Origin: Rebecca billardiae RCC1528
Taxonomy: Eukaryota; Protista; Haptophyta
Length of the DNA stretch: 64,000 nucleotides
Direction: 5' to 3'
Assembly: GCA_965240325.2 (NCBI GenBank)
Contig: OZ251224.1
Span: forward strand, 372,001-436,000
In this document: positions 11,993 to 22,527 of the stretch, one piece after another
Layout: each line of letters opens with the position of its first letter
Numbering within the stretch: position 1 is the stretch's first letter
Notes under the pieces: model-generated
What the model was told of the DNA's origin: nothing
Seen by the model: the letters and a program-made list of their open reading frames with translations, nothing else
Databases searched by the model: none
Program-made: the position numbers and the translations under genes

Positions 11993-12952
11993 TCAGTGCG
12001 TGCGCACCTGCATCCCGCGCGCCTTGCGCTGCCGCAGCAGCTGCAGCCGGCGCTCCAGCTCAGTGGACGCGGCCGGGCGGCGCGCGCTGGCGGGACCGCG
12101 CGCGCCCGAGGCCTCGGCGCGCGCAGAGCCGCCCCTCGGGTCGTCGAAGATGCCGCCGAGCTGGATGCGCGCAGCCGGGAGCCCGCACTCCGCCTCCGAG
12201 CGCCGCCGCTTCGCGCCGGCGAACTCGTGCGCGCGCGCCGCCTGCTCGTGCGCGGCGGTCGGCGGCGGCAGCGCGCTCACGACGCCCACGCCGCGCGCGC
12301 GCAGCTCGAGCTCGGCGCGGCGGCTCGCGCGCTTGTCCTCGCGCAGGCGCGCGCGCAGCTGCGACGAGCGCTCGTAGTCCGCGCCCGGCCCCCACCGCTC
12401 GTCGCGCTGCTGCTGCAGCCGCTCGAGCCACGTGCCCGCCGCCTTGGCGCGTCGGTGCGCCGACTCCCTGTGCTCCAGGGCGTACAGGGGGTCTGCCGCA
12501 CGGCGCGCGCGCTCCTCGGGCGCGTCGAGGCGCTCGACCTCGGCGTCGGCCTCGGCGTAGCCCTCCTGCTTGCGCCGCGCACCCGCCGTCACCTCGAAGT
12601 CGCCCTTCCGCGGGTCGGTCCGCACCTCGATCGCGCCGGCGCACAGGTGGCACTTGAGGCCGAACGCCCAGATCTTGGTCGAGTGGTACTTGCCGACGCA
12701 CTTCTTCTCCGCGTTGAAGCGCACGCCCTGGGCGATGTGCGCGCTGCACGAGCCGCACCAGATGTTGAAGGGCATCTCGAAGCGCACGACGAGCACGCCC
12801 TCCGTGCGCAGCTTCTTTGCGCGCTCGCGCAGCGGGTGCGCCTGCCACTCCGCCTTCCCACTCGCCTGGTACGCATTGCGCGACTCGCGCTGCGGGTCCC
12901 AGTCCGGCGGCTGGTAGAAGTTGTCCGCACGCGCCGCCTTGAGCGTCGACAT
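11993..12952 (-). CDS. YJU2B: Splicing factor CCDC130/YJU2B (CWC16 family)
   Basis: RADNFYQPPDW, VRFEMPFNIWCGSC, GVRFNAEKK and KCHLC...IEVRTDP. Confidence 0.9.
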   Translation of the reverse strand: MSTLKAARADNFYQPPDWDPQRESRNAYQASGKAEWQAHPLRERAKKLRTEGVLVVRFEMPFNIWCGSCSAHIAQGVRFNAEKKCVGKYHSTKIWAFGLKCHLCAGAIEVRTDPRKGDFEVTAGARRKQEGYAEADAEVERLDAPEERARRAADPLYALEHRESAHRRAKAAGTWLERLQQQRDERWGPGADYERSSQLRARLREDKRASRRAELELRARGVGVVSALPPPTAAHEQAARAHEFAGAKRRRSEAECGLPAARIQLGGIFDDPRGGSARAEASGARGPASARRPAASTELERRLQLLRQRKARGMQVRTH

Positions 12953-13204
12953 GGCGCCCGGGCGAGACGCGCGCGCCGCAAGCCGGCACCGCCGCGCGTG
13001 ACACAGAGAGGAGCAAGAAGGTCGACGACCCCCTTGGGCGCAAGCTGCCGCCGCCCTGCTGAGCAACCTCGCCCTTCCCTCCTCACGGCTTGTCAGACAA
13101 ACCCACGCTGGCGGCGGAATGTCCGGAAAGCGCAGATCACCAACCGGACGGCCGGCTCCCCACGGGGAGCCGGCCGTCCGGTGCGCAGCAAATAGGCGTC
13201 GCGC

Positions 13205-14001
13205 GTGCGCGGACGCCGGACGCCAGCCCTAACGGCGGGATGGTGTTCACCGGGCGACGCCCTTGGCGACGCGAGGGCCCGCCTGCGCCACGCGCCCAGG
13301 GCCGCATACGAGCTTGACAGCCGTGCGCGGGCGCCTCGTGGTGGCGAGAAGACCCGATGGCAGCATTTGCGCCGTCTTGTCCACGCCCTCGTCACCCTTT
13401 ATGCGCGCAAAGACCTGCTAACTGGCACGCGCAGCTCTAGAATTGAAGGCCTGCCCGACGAGCATGATGGTCGGCACGCGTGCGCCCCTGAGGTATTCAA
13501 TGGTCGGGTACTTTCACTTCTGTGCGAGGGGCCTGAGAGTACTGAGCATGAACGCTGCGCCTTGAGCCATGCTGGCATCAGTCAGACCGCACGCATGTAT
13601 GTGAGACGGGCCAGTCGGAGAATGATCGTCATCGCCGCCGCCGCCGCCAGTTAGTCAGCCTTGCTTCTTCTCCACGCATAGCCTCGAGCAACAACTAGGC
13701 TAGCACATCTGTTGCGTCGACTTCCGACACCTTGCGGTCTGCTTCGTCGCTCATGCCTCTATACCTCCCTACGAATGGCGGCATGCCCGGCTGGCGCGAG
13801 CCCCGGCCCGCCGTGCCCGTGAACGGTGCGCACGCCGTCGCGGCGACCGGCCGACTCACAGCTGACCGGCTCCAGATCGGACCACACCGCGCCATGAGCG
13901 TGGGTGCACACGAGTGTGCAGGCGATCGCACACATGTCGAGCGCACTGTCTACGGCCAGCAGGTGCCCAAGAACGCACTGTGCTGCAACATGTGCATTTG
14001 A
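13205..14001 (+). CDS. Possible spliced small gene with a ubiquitin-like segment and Cys-rich C-terminus (structure unresolved)
   Basis: VFNGRVL...LSHAGISQTARMYV loosely resembles a ubiquitin-fold C-half; a downstream ORF ends CCNMCI*. Exons could not be fixed. Confidence 0.2.
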
Positions 14002-14436
14002 GCTGTTCGAACAATCTGCTCACCAAGCAACAAAACCGCTCATCTCCGCTGAGTACGCGAGGGCATCGTCGCGCGCTGGGGCTCGCCGATGCGCCAACAC
14101 CTAGGCCCATCGGGCAGAGGCCGTGGCTCGTCTTAATTGGGCCTCTGGCACACGCGCGCGCGCGCTCTCGCGCGGCGGGCCGCCTCCTGGACGCGTCGCG
14201 CGGAAAGTAGCCGGGCCCTGCGCGCGGCGAGGGCGGCGAGGGCGGGCGGGAGCGCGCGCGATTGAGCCCCATAGGTGTCTTGAGCCGCGCCGACCTCGCG
14301 CGCGCACCCGCAGCGGCCGTGGGTGCGCGTCCGAGCGCGCCGCGTGAGGCCGCCATCGCGCCGTGCGCGCGCGGGGCCGTCCCCCGTGGGTTTGTCTGAC
14401 AAGCTCACGGCCTCATGATCAGTCTGGACGGAAGCC

Positions 14437-15632
14437 ATGCCGCCCGCCCGATCGCCGAATCCGAAGAGCCCCGCGACGCCGCGCACGAAGCGCGGCGGCG
14501 CACCGGACGTCCCCGAGGCGGAAGCGCCGGCCAACGTGTTCGAGCTGCTCAGCGAGCCGCTGCTCGAGCGCATCGTGCGCGAGGCGGGCGTCGCGAGCGC
14601 ATGCGCGTGCGCTCGCACGTGCCGCCGGCTGCGCGCCGTCGGCCGCCGGCTGAGCGAGCTGGCGTATCCGGCCGAGCGGCTGACCAAGGTGATTCGCGTG
14701 GTCGAGACGAACACCTGGCCCTACGAGTTCGCGCGCGGCGTGCTCGCGCGCGAGCGCCGCGCGCCCATCGAGCTGGAGCTGGGGCGCAGCGCGCACCTCG
14801 ACCAGCCCGAGTACTGCCGCGTCTACTTGTTCCGCCCGCACACGTACGTGCAGTGGTCGCTCGTGCAGAACTACGACGATGAGCTCGACCCGACGCCAGC
14901 GGCCGGCGTCGGTCCGGAGCAGCTCGACTACGTCGAGAGCGCGTGGGTGCGCGCGCGCGATGCCCTGCCCGCGCTCCCGCCGAGCGCACGCGCGCACGCG
15001 CTCACCGCACGCGCGCGGGCGGCGCGCGGCGCGCGCGGCGCGCGCAGGTGCGGGTCACGTACGTGCTCTTCGCGTCCAAGCGTCCGGCCGACGACGCGCG
15101 GCTGAACAAGCTGCGCCGCCTCCTGCGCACGCGCGGCATCGACGGCGTGCCCTGGCCCTCGCACCTGCGCCCGACGCGCCTGTACCACGCGGGCTCGCTG
15201 GAGGAGCAGCCGCAGCCGCGCGGCCAGCCGGGCGCGCGCGCGGGGCTGGAGGCGGAGGGCGGCCCCGCCGGCGCGCAGCCCGAGGCGCCGCCCGCCGTCG
15301 GCGCCGACGGCGACAACGCGATCGCGTGGTGGGCGCGCAGCGCGGACTGGTTCGAGGCGCGGCTGCCGTACCGCAGGCTCGAGGTCACGCGGCCCAAGGG
15401 CCCGGCGGACCGCGTGCGAGTGATCCGAGACAGCGCGGCCGACGCGCCGGCCGAGGGCGCGGACGACGAGTGGTGCCGCCCGTGCGTCGCGCAGGTGAGC
15501 GCGCTGTACCACCTGCGCAGCGCGCTGCCCACGCACGTGCAGCTCGTGCGCACGCTGCTGCAGTACGTCGAGTGCATGCAGGGCATCCTCTTCAAGACCA
15601 TGCCGCTCTTCGAGCCTGGCGCCGAGGAGTGA
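14437..15632 (+). CDS. Hypothetical protein with an N-terminal F-box-like motif, 2 exons (intron 14947-15047)
   Basis: FELLSEPLLERIV...CARTCRRLRAV. A GTGCGC...CGCAG intron joins VESAW to VRVTYVLF. Confidence 0.65.
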
Positions 15633-15962
15633 GACTGACTCTGGCGCGCGACAGCACGGCTGCGCCCATGCCGATGGGTGCTCGCCGACGGCACCGTGGC
15701 TGGCCGCTGCGCACTGCGCTGTACGCAGCCAGGCGGGCGTCAATGCCGTCATCAGCTGGTCAGATCACGGTGACGACGGTCCACGGGTGACGACCCGACA
15801 GTCTCACGAGTGCCGCGCACGGCACGACGACGAAGTTGTCCGAACGACATTGGACAACGGTGAACGGACAGTGAACGTGGTCTGCAAGGCCCTACTTCTG
15901 ATGACAAGATTTCGAGAAGGCCGTTTCGTCCGTTTCAATGCGGTGATCGTTTGGCGCAAACG

Positions 15963-17558
15963 ATGGCGGACGATGCGGATCCCACCGAGGTGGTGGACCC
16001 GCAGATGGAGGCCATGATCGCCGAGACACACCGGGCGGTGAGCGCGCGTGCGCGCGGCATACCCCCCCCCCCCCAACCCGCCTCGCACCCTCCGCGCCGA
16101 CCGTCCCTTCCGCCCGTCCGCGCCCGCGCCCGCGCATGGCCGGCGTGTGGCGCAGATGCTCGACCCAGCCTTCCAGCCGGGCGCGTCCAAGCAGGTGCGC
16201 AAGATCAAGTACGGCGGCGCCCCGCTCGGCGGCGCCGAGGACAATCGCTGGTGGCTGCAGGACGCGGGCGTGCCCGCCGCCTCCACGCCGGCCGAGCAGC
16301 CCGGCGCGTCAGAGGCGGATGCGCGCTCGGCGATTGAGAGCGAGCCCGCGTTTCAGTCCGCCTTTCTGATGGGCTTCGGTGACCCGAGCAGGATGGTGCA
16401 GGAGCTCGTGGTGCTGAACAACGTGCGCGCGCGAGGCGGCCCCGGCCGCGCGCGGCCGTGCACGGGCGTCGCCGCCCTCACTCCGCGTCCGAGCGCCGCG
16501 CGCCGCGCGCCCGCGCCCGCGCGTCTGTTGGCGCGCAGTACGACCACCGCGGCCAGGTGGTCAAGGACTCGGGCGCGTACATCGGCGCGGAGGGGCGGAA
16601 GGTGGGCCAGCTCGAGACGTTCAAGCCCAAGCCCTTCGCGCAGGCCAAGAAGGGCAGCGCCGCCGTCTCGTACGACATCAAGGAGCCGCCGCCCCATGAG
16701 CAGAAGGGGCCGAAGCGCGTCGACAGCCGCAGGCCTGCGAGCGCACGCCGACGCTCGGCGCCCAAGGAGGCGTGGGGCGCGGCGGGGGTGGGCGGGGCGG
16801 GGCGGCGGGACGAGCGGCAGATGACGGCGGCTGTCGCCGCGGCGTTCGGCGCGATGCGCCGCGCGCAGCTCCGCGAGCTCGAGCAGCAGCAACGGCAGGC
16901 CAGCAGCAGCCCCGGCAGCGGCGGCGCGCGCGGCTTTGCGGGCAACCCGCGCAACCAGCGAGGCCGCGCGGCGGGGCCGGCGGCCGCGGACGGCAGCTCG
17001 AGGCGACCGCAGTTGGAGCACGGCCCAGTCGGCCGCTTCATCCCGCCCGCGCCGCCCGTCATCGTGCGCAGCGCCGAGCTGGCCGACTCGGAGCGGCCGC
17101 GCACGAGCGGCGGCGCCGAGGCAGCCGCGCAGCCGGGCGGCGCGCGCCGGCCGTCGAGCGCGCACGCTCGGCGCGCGAGCGGCGCGAGCACGGCCCGGGT
17201 GCAGGTCGACCGCGTCGCGTGGGCGCGCGAGCGGCACGAGCAGTCGATGCGCGAGCGGCACCGCCCCCAGACGGCTCGCACGAACCGCGCGGCCTACGAC
17301 CCGTGGGCGACCGGGCGGCGCGCGCCCGACTCGCTGCGGGGGCCCCCCAGCCCAGCGCATGCGGGTGCGGAGCGCGCGGCCGAGCTCGACGCGGCCGACA
17401 TCGCGCGGAGACGAGCGTCGAACGCGCCGGCCACAATGGAGGCGGCCAGGGCGGGCGGCGGCAGGCTCACGCGCGGTGCGGCGTTTGGGGGCGGCAGGGC
17501 GGGGTCTGGCGGCGGGCGGGAGCCGTCAGAGCTGATGCTCGAGCTGCTCGACTTGTGA
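15963..17558 (+). CDS. Hypothetical protein, 3 exons
   Basis: Three ORF pieces are joined by canonical introns (approx. 16038-16155 and 16423-16538); coding-like codon usage. Confidence 0.6.
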
Positions 17559-17598
17559 CGCCGACGGTAGCTAACTACAGGCTTTATAGATATATATT

Positions 17599-19128
17599 AT
17601 GACCGCGTTCCGCGGTCCTCTTCCGTCAGAACCAACGTAGTTGGGGGCCCGCGGTGCAGCTGTGCCACCCGCTCCGTCACCGCCACGGCACGGCGTCGCC
17701 CGTCGCATATGCCACCTCGCTGCATCAGTCGCGCGGACTCATCCACTCGCCGCTGGCCGCGCAGATCTGAGCCTGTGGGCTTTCGTGTCAGGCAGTCAGG
17801 CATCCGTCGTGCCCATCAGCGCCCGAGAGCTGGCTCTCAGTCACTGAGTGAGTGAGAGCCGCCGCTCTAACAGCGCGCGGTCCGAGCTCGCGCGCCAAAC
17901 GCCCGCCCATGCGCCAGTCAAGCCGTCGAGACTCGAGACAGCTCGGATGCGGCGGACGAGAGCAAAATCCATCACAGCTCGGCCATGGACGGCGCGAGCG
18001 AGGGCTTGGGCGAGCGAGATGGCCGTGGTGGCTGCTCCACATCCCGACAAAACGTCCATCAGGCGAAGGCTCCGCACTGCAGATCAGGCTCGGCGCCAGA
18101 CGGCTGAGCCGGAACGTCCTCGCGAGGCCCCGCGCTTCAACACGCCGAGAATTCAGCTGCGCGGCGTGCGGCGTGGCGCGCGCGGGCGCGCGCATGGTCA
18201 GCTGGAAACACAGCGAGAAACTCGCCTCGCCCCCACGCGCCACGCGCATTCGCACCCATAATATCACACGCGAGGAGCATCGTCCGATGAGTGAAGCTAC
18301 TCGGCAGCTTCATTGGCACCGGTGAGTCAGCTCACGGCTGCGCAGTCAATAAACGATGAACTCGAGGGACACCCCATGCTGCTGTCACCTGCGGAGTAGG
18401 CCTGGATTCACGCGTTAGGATGCCCCGCGGTCTCCTCCTCGTACCGTCGCCGACCGCTCTCCGGCGCGCGGGCGTTGACATCGATTCGTCGGTCCGCCGG
18501 TCGTGCTCGGTTGGAAACCGCACTGACTGGGCCGAAGAGGGATCGGCAGGGCGGGGCGCGCGGGGTGAGCGGGGCACGAAAGCGACGCCGATGACCGTCG
18601 GGACCCGCCGCAGCCGCGCGCACCTGCGCTGAGTCCGTCGGATTGAACGCCTCGTGCGCAGCGCCGCCGGCGCGAGGCACCCCTCGGCTTGCTGAGTGAG
18701 CCCTTCTCAGCGGGCTCAAACCTACCGACCCGGTCGGGATCCGGCACAGGCGACGGGCGGCCAGGGAGATAGTATGAAGATTGCGTTGTGGTGGCGCGAT
18801 CAACATTTGATCATCAAACGTCGTCGCTCCTTGAATATCATTGGCCGAAAAATTCGCTTGTAACGGTTCGTTACGTTAGGGATCCTAAAGGGCGTGAAGT
18901 TTTTTGGACGGGCGTCACTCCACGCTTTACTATGAACTTGCCGTGGGCGCGACCTTTTTCGACGCTAATGCACCTGTAAGGGAGTCTCAAAATTCGAAAC
19001 TCGGTCTCCTCCAGCCATGAAAATCGTCCCCCGTCCCTTTTTTCTTGATCAAAGATCTTTTTGAAACGTTGTTCGGGCCCGCTGGTGCGGGCTCCACGCT
19101 GCGCGCTCCGCCCTGCACCGCGGGCCAT
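17599..19128 (-). mobile_element. Non-autonomous Helitron2/Helentron-like element, copy 1 (about 1.5 kb)
   Basis: Both ends are shared with the copies at 33156-36566 and 49371-50656. Terminal hairpin GACCGCG-TTC-CGCGGTC; asymmetric IR GGCCCGCGGTGCA at 17646-17658 and 19114-19126. Confidence 0.75.
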
Positions 19129-19216
19129 TATGATGCTGATGTAGTGATGATGCGCGCTAGCATTGGTGATGATGCTGATGTGTTGAGTTCGCGATCAAGG
19201 TTTCAGCCGCTGCTTA

Positions 19217-19672
19217 GAGGGGTCAGAGACAGAGCCGCCCACTGGGGGGTGCGTGGCCCAAAGCCAAAGGCAAAATCCAACTTCGTCCTGTCGTCTTGAG
19301 ATAAGGCTCTCAAACTTCGGGATGTCAATATTCGCCTGAAATGAGCTGGGGTCACCCTGATAAGTTTTGCGAAAAAATGCCACATATTGGAGATATACGA
19401 CCTCAATCTCGACGCGATCTCGGCAACATTAGTAGGGGAGATACACGATCTCCCAGGCGATCTCGCTATTTGCACCAGAAAGAATCATCGCACCGTCTAG
19501 ATCACATTTTGGCAGCCTGAAATTGGCACAGGCGGATTCTACACCCTGGAATTAAGCCTTAACGCCTACTAACTAGTTCGCCCAAGTAAATACCCGTGTG
19601 ATAGTTCATGCTAAGAGATTTCGGGAGATTGTGGCTTCCGAGAGTGAGTAACGGTCGGAGCTCTGACCCCAC
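19217..19672. mobile_element. Putative small TIR element
   Basis: TA|GAGGGGTCAGAG ... CTCTGACCCCAC|TA (12-bp TIR, 1 mismatch) around an AT-richer non-coding interior. Confidence 0.4.
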
Positions 19673-19674
19673 TA

Positions 19675-20452
19675 CAGGGGTCTCAACAATTAGCTGTATC
19701 TCTGTTTGTGCCACTGGACAGGCATGTGAGCACTTGATTGCCTGGCTAGATGTGGTCTAGCACAGCCCACTCGCTGGCCATTCTGACGAGTGGGTGGCTG
19801 CTTGGCCAGCTCTCCATGCTGGGCTGTGGTGCCATCCAGAGTGCGCATGTGCAGCAGCCCAGGTGGGTGCAGCGAGGGGTGCGGCAGGCAGCAGTGGGTG
19901 GTCAGCTTGAAAATCCATGCAGGCCAGCCACCAGCAGCTGGGCTGCAGAGCTCTTGGCTGCACCAGCCCCACTCCAGCCCCCTCAAGTCGGGTGGCTGGC
20001 CACCCTCGGGGTGTGTCAGCGGGTGCTGCTGCTGGCCTCCCAGTGCAGGGGAGCTGACCCGACAGGTCCTTGCGCAGGTGGGGGTGCGGGATTGGGCACT
20101 GTGCCACAGCAGCTGCATCCCATGAGCTCCCCCCCAGGTGGCATGCAGCCCACCCTAGGGGGTACCAGATCCACTGCCAAGCACAATTTAGGCCTGGCCT
20201 GTGTGGGCACACGGCCCGCGACCAGTGACGACAAGCCTGCGGCAGGATCTGGCCAGCTGCGACAGGCTGTACGCCTGCAGCCGTGTGACCTGCTGGTGTG
20301 CCCAACTCCAGCCCACGCGCGCTGGGGCTGACGCGCTGGGTCGAAACCGTCGTGCACGGGCCGTGGGGGCCGCCTGGGTCAGCCCAGGGGGGCAGGGTGA
20401 GCAGTGGCGTGCAGCTCAGTCAGAATGTGACGTTTAATTGTTGAGACCCCTG
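19675..20452. mobile_element. MITE, Tc1/mariner-like, 18-bp TIR with TA duplication, CpG-depleted
   Basis: TA|CAGGGGTCTCAACAATTA ... TAATTGTTGAGACCCCTG|TA. Confidence 0.85.
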
Positions 20453-20657
20453 TAGCGGGCCGCTGCTGCATGCAGATTGCAGCAGCCTTGATCATGATGT
20501 CACGTAGTCGACACGCGCCATCATGCACAGCTTGAATTCAGCGCAGCATTATCTTAACAGTACTCTCCGTCTCTCGGAGTCGGACAGCAGTGTGACAGCA
20601 GAATGTCAGCAGATCATCATGATCAGTGACAGTCCGACGGTCATCTGACTCACTCTG

Positions 20658-21815
20658 TCATGAGAGGGCCTCAGGCTCTGCATCCTCTCCCGCTTCGTCG
20701 GCGTCGACGTCGAGCTCTCCGCCAGAATCGCTCGGCAGCGCCACGTCTGCACTCGGCACGCCGCCGCTTCCACTGCCCGCATGCGTCCCGGCCGCGCCTG
20801 CCGCCGCCGCGCTCGCCTGCGCGCCGAGACTGCCGCCGTCTCCGCGCGCGTCGACCTCGCCGCCCGCAGCGCGCCACACGTCGGCGGCGGCGCGGAAGAC
20901 AATCGAGTGGCGCCACGCGAGCTCGTCCAGGTCTTTCGAGTAGCCGCCGCCAATCACCGTCGCCACGGGCACGCCGCGCTCCATGCACGCCTCGAGCACC
21001 CACGTGTCGCGCGCGCGCAGCCCGTCGCAGCTGAGCTCGAGATGGCCGAGCGCGTCGGAGGCGGCCGCGTCCACGCCCGCGTCGTAGAGCACGAGGTGCG
21101 GGCGGAAGTCGTCGAGGATGGGGGGCAGCGTCGCGCGGATCGCGTCGAGGTACGCGCCGTCCGACGTGCCCTTCGGCAGGTCGAGGTCGAAGTCGGAGGT
21201 CTGCTTTCGAAAGGGGAAGTTGGCGCCGCAGTGGGCGGAGTAGGTGAACACAGTCGGGTCGCGCTCAAAGATGGCGGCGGTGCCGTCGCCCTGGTGCACG
21301 TCGAGGTCGACGATCAGCACGCGCGCGCCGGGCTGGTCGTGCTGCACCTGCCGCGCCGCGATCGCGAGGTCGTTCAGGATCGTGAAGCCCGAGCCGAAGT
21401 CGTAGTGCGCGTGGTGCGTGCCGCCGCCCAGGTTGCACGCCAGCCCGTGCCTGAGCGCGAGCCGCGCGGCGAGGACGGTGCCGCCGCACTCGACGCGGGT
21501 GCGCTCGACGAGCTGCGGGCTCCACTCGAAGCCGATGCGGCGCATGACCTGCGGCGCGAGCAGCCCGTCGCAGAAGTCGGTGTAGTACTCGCGCGCGTGC
21601 ACGCGCAGGAAGAGCCCGTCCCCGGGCTCATCCGGCGGCCGCGAGATGTGCTCGGGCGTGATCACGCCGTCGCGGAGCAGGCGCGCGTGCAGGTCGGCGA
21701 ACTTGCTCATGCGGAAGCGGTGGCTCGACGGCCAAGGCTCGAAGCCGTACCGCGCGCTGTACACGTGCGGCAGCAGCCTGGGCAGCCCGGCGGCGCGCAT
21801 CGCTGCTTCGCGCAT
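20658..21815 (-). CDS. Zn-dependent histone deacetylase superfamily protein (HDAC11/AcuC-like)
   Basis: HRFRMSKF, GGGTHHAH...GFTILND, DLDVHQGDG, YDAGVD and GGGY. Confidence 0.92.
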   Translation of the reverse strand: MREAAMRAAGLPRLLPHVYSARYGFEPWPSSHRFRMSKFADLHARLLRDGVITPEHISRPPDEPGDGLFLRVHAREYYTDFCDGLLAPQVMRRIGFEWSPQLVERTRVECGGTVLAARLALRHGLACNLGGGTHHAHYDFGSGFTILNDLAIAARQVQHDQPGARVLIVDLDVHQGDGTAAIFERDPTVFTYSAHCGANFPFRKQTSDFDLDLPKGTSDGAYLDAIRATLPPILDDFRPHLVLYDAGVDAAASDALGHLELSCDGLRARDTWVLEACMERGVPVATVIGGGYSKDLDELAWRHSIVFRAAADVWRAAGGEVDARGDGGSLGAQASAAAAGAAGTHAGSGSGGVPSADVALPSDSGGELDVDADEAGEDAEPEALS

Positions 21816-22005
21816 CTTGCCACCGGCCAACCAGTCCGGGCGCGCGCGCGCTGGCACCCTGGCACCGGAGTTGTCCAGCCCTTCTCCAATTCAAAAGGTT
21901 GACGGTGATGGCGCCGTTGTGAGGCGGCCGCACACAGCACCCACTTGACCCCACCCTCGGGCGGGGGCAGCACACGCGCGCACGCGGACGCGCGCACGAG
22001 TGAGC

Positions 22006-22483
22006 ATGCCGGGCCAGCCGTCTGACCGCCTCCTCGTCGAGCGCTGGGCGCACGTCGCCGCCGCCAACCGCGTGCTCCCGCTGCCGGCGGATGCGCAGCT
22101 GGGGCGGCAGACGCCCTTCTGCCTCGAGCTGATCGACCTCACGTCGGTGCCCCTGCCGCCCGCGCTGGTGCGCGCTCGGCGGTGCGCTCGAGCTCGTGAG
22201 GCTACCACCCCGCGCGGCGGACGCGCCCCCCGCGGCGGACCCGCGCACGCGCGTGTGCACATTTCACGCGGCGCGCGCTCGCGCGCACGCGGCGCCGCGC
22301 AGCGCGACGGCGCGCTCGGCACGGCCAAGATCGAGCTCAAGCTGGTGCTGAGCATGTACGACTCGAACACAAAGGCGTTCTTTGGACGATCCATCACCAC
22401 GCCGCCTCTGCCTGTGCGCGCCGACGACCCACCGCGCCCGCTCGGCCGGCGCGCGCGCGCCCTCGCCCAAACCAGCCTCACCG

Positions 22484-22527
<44 letters not shown>

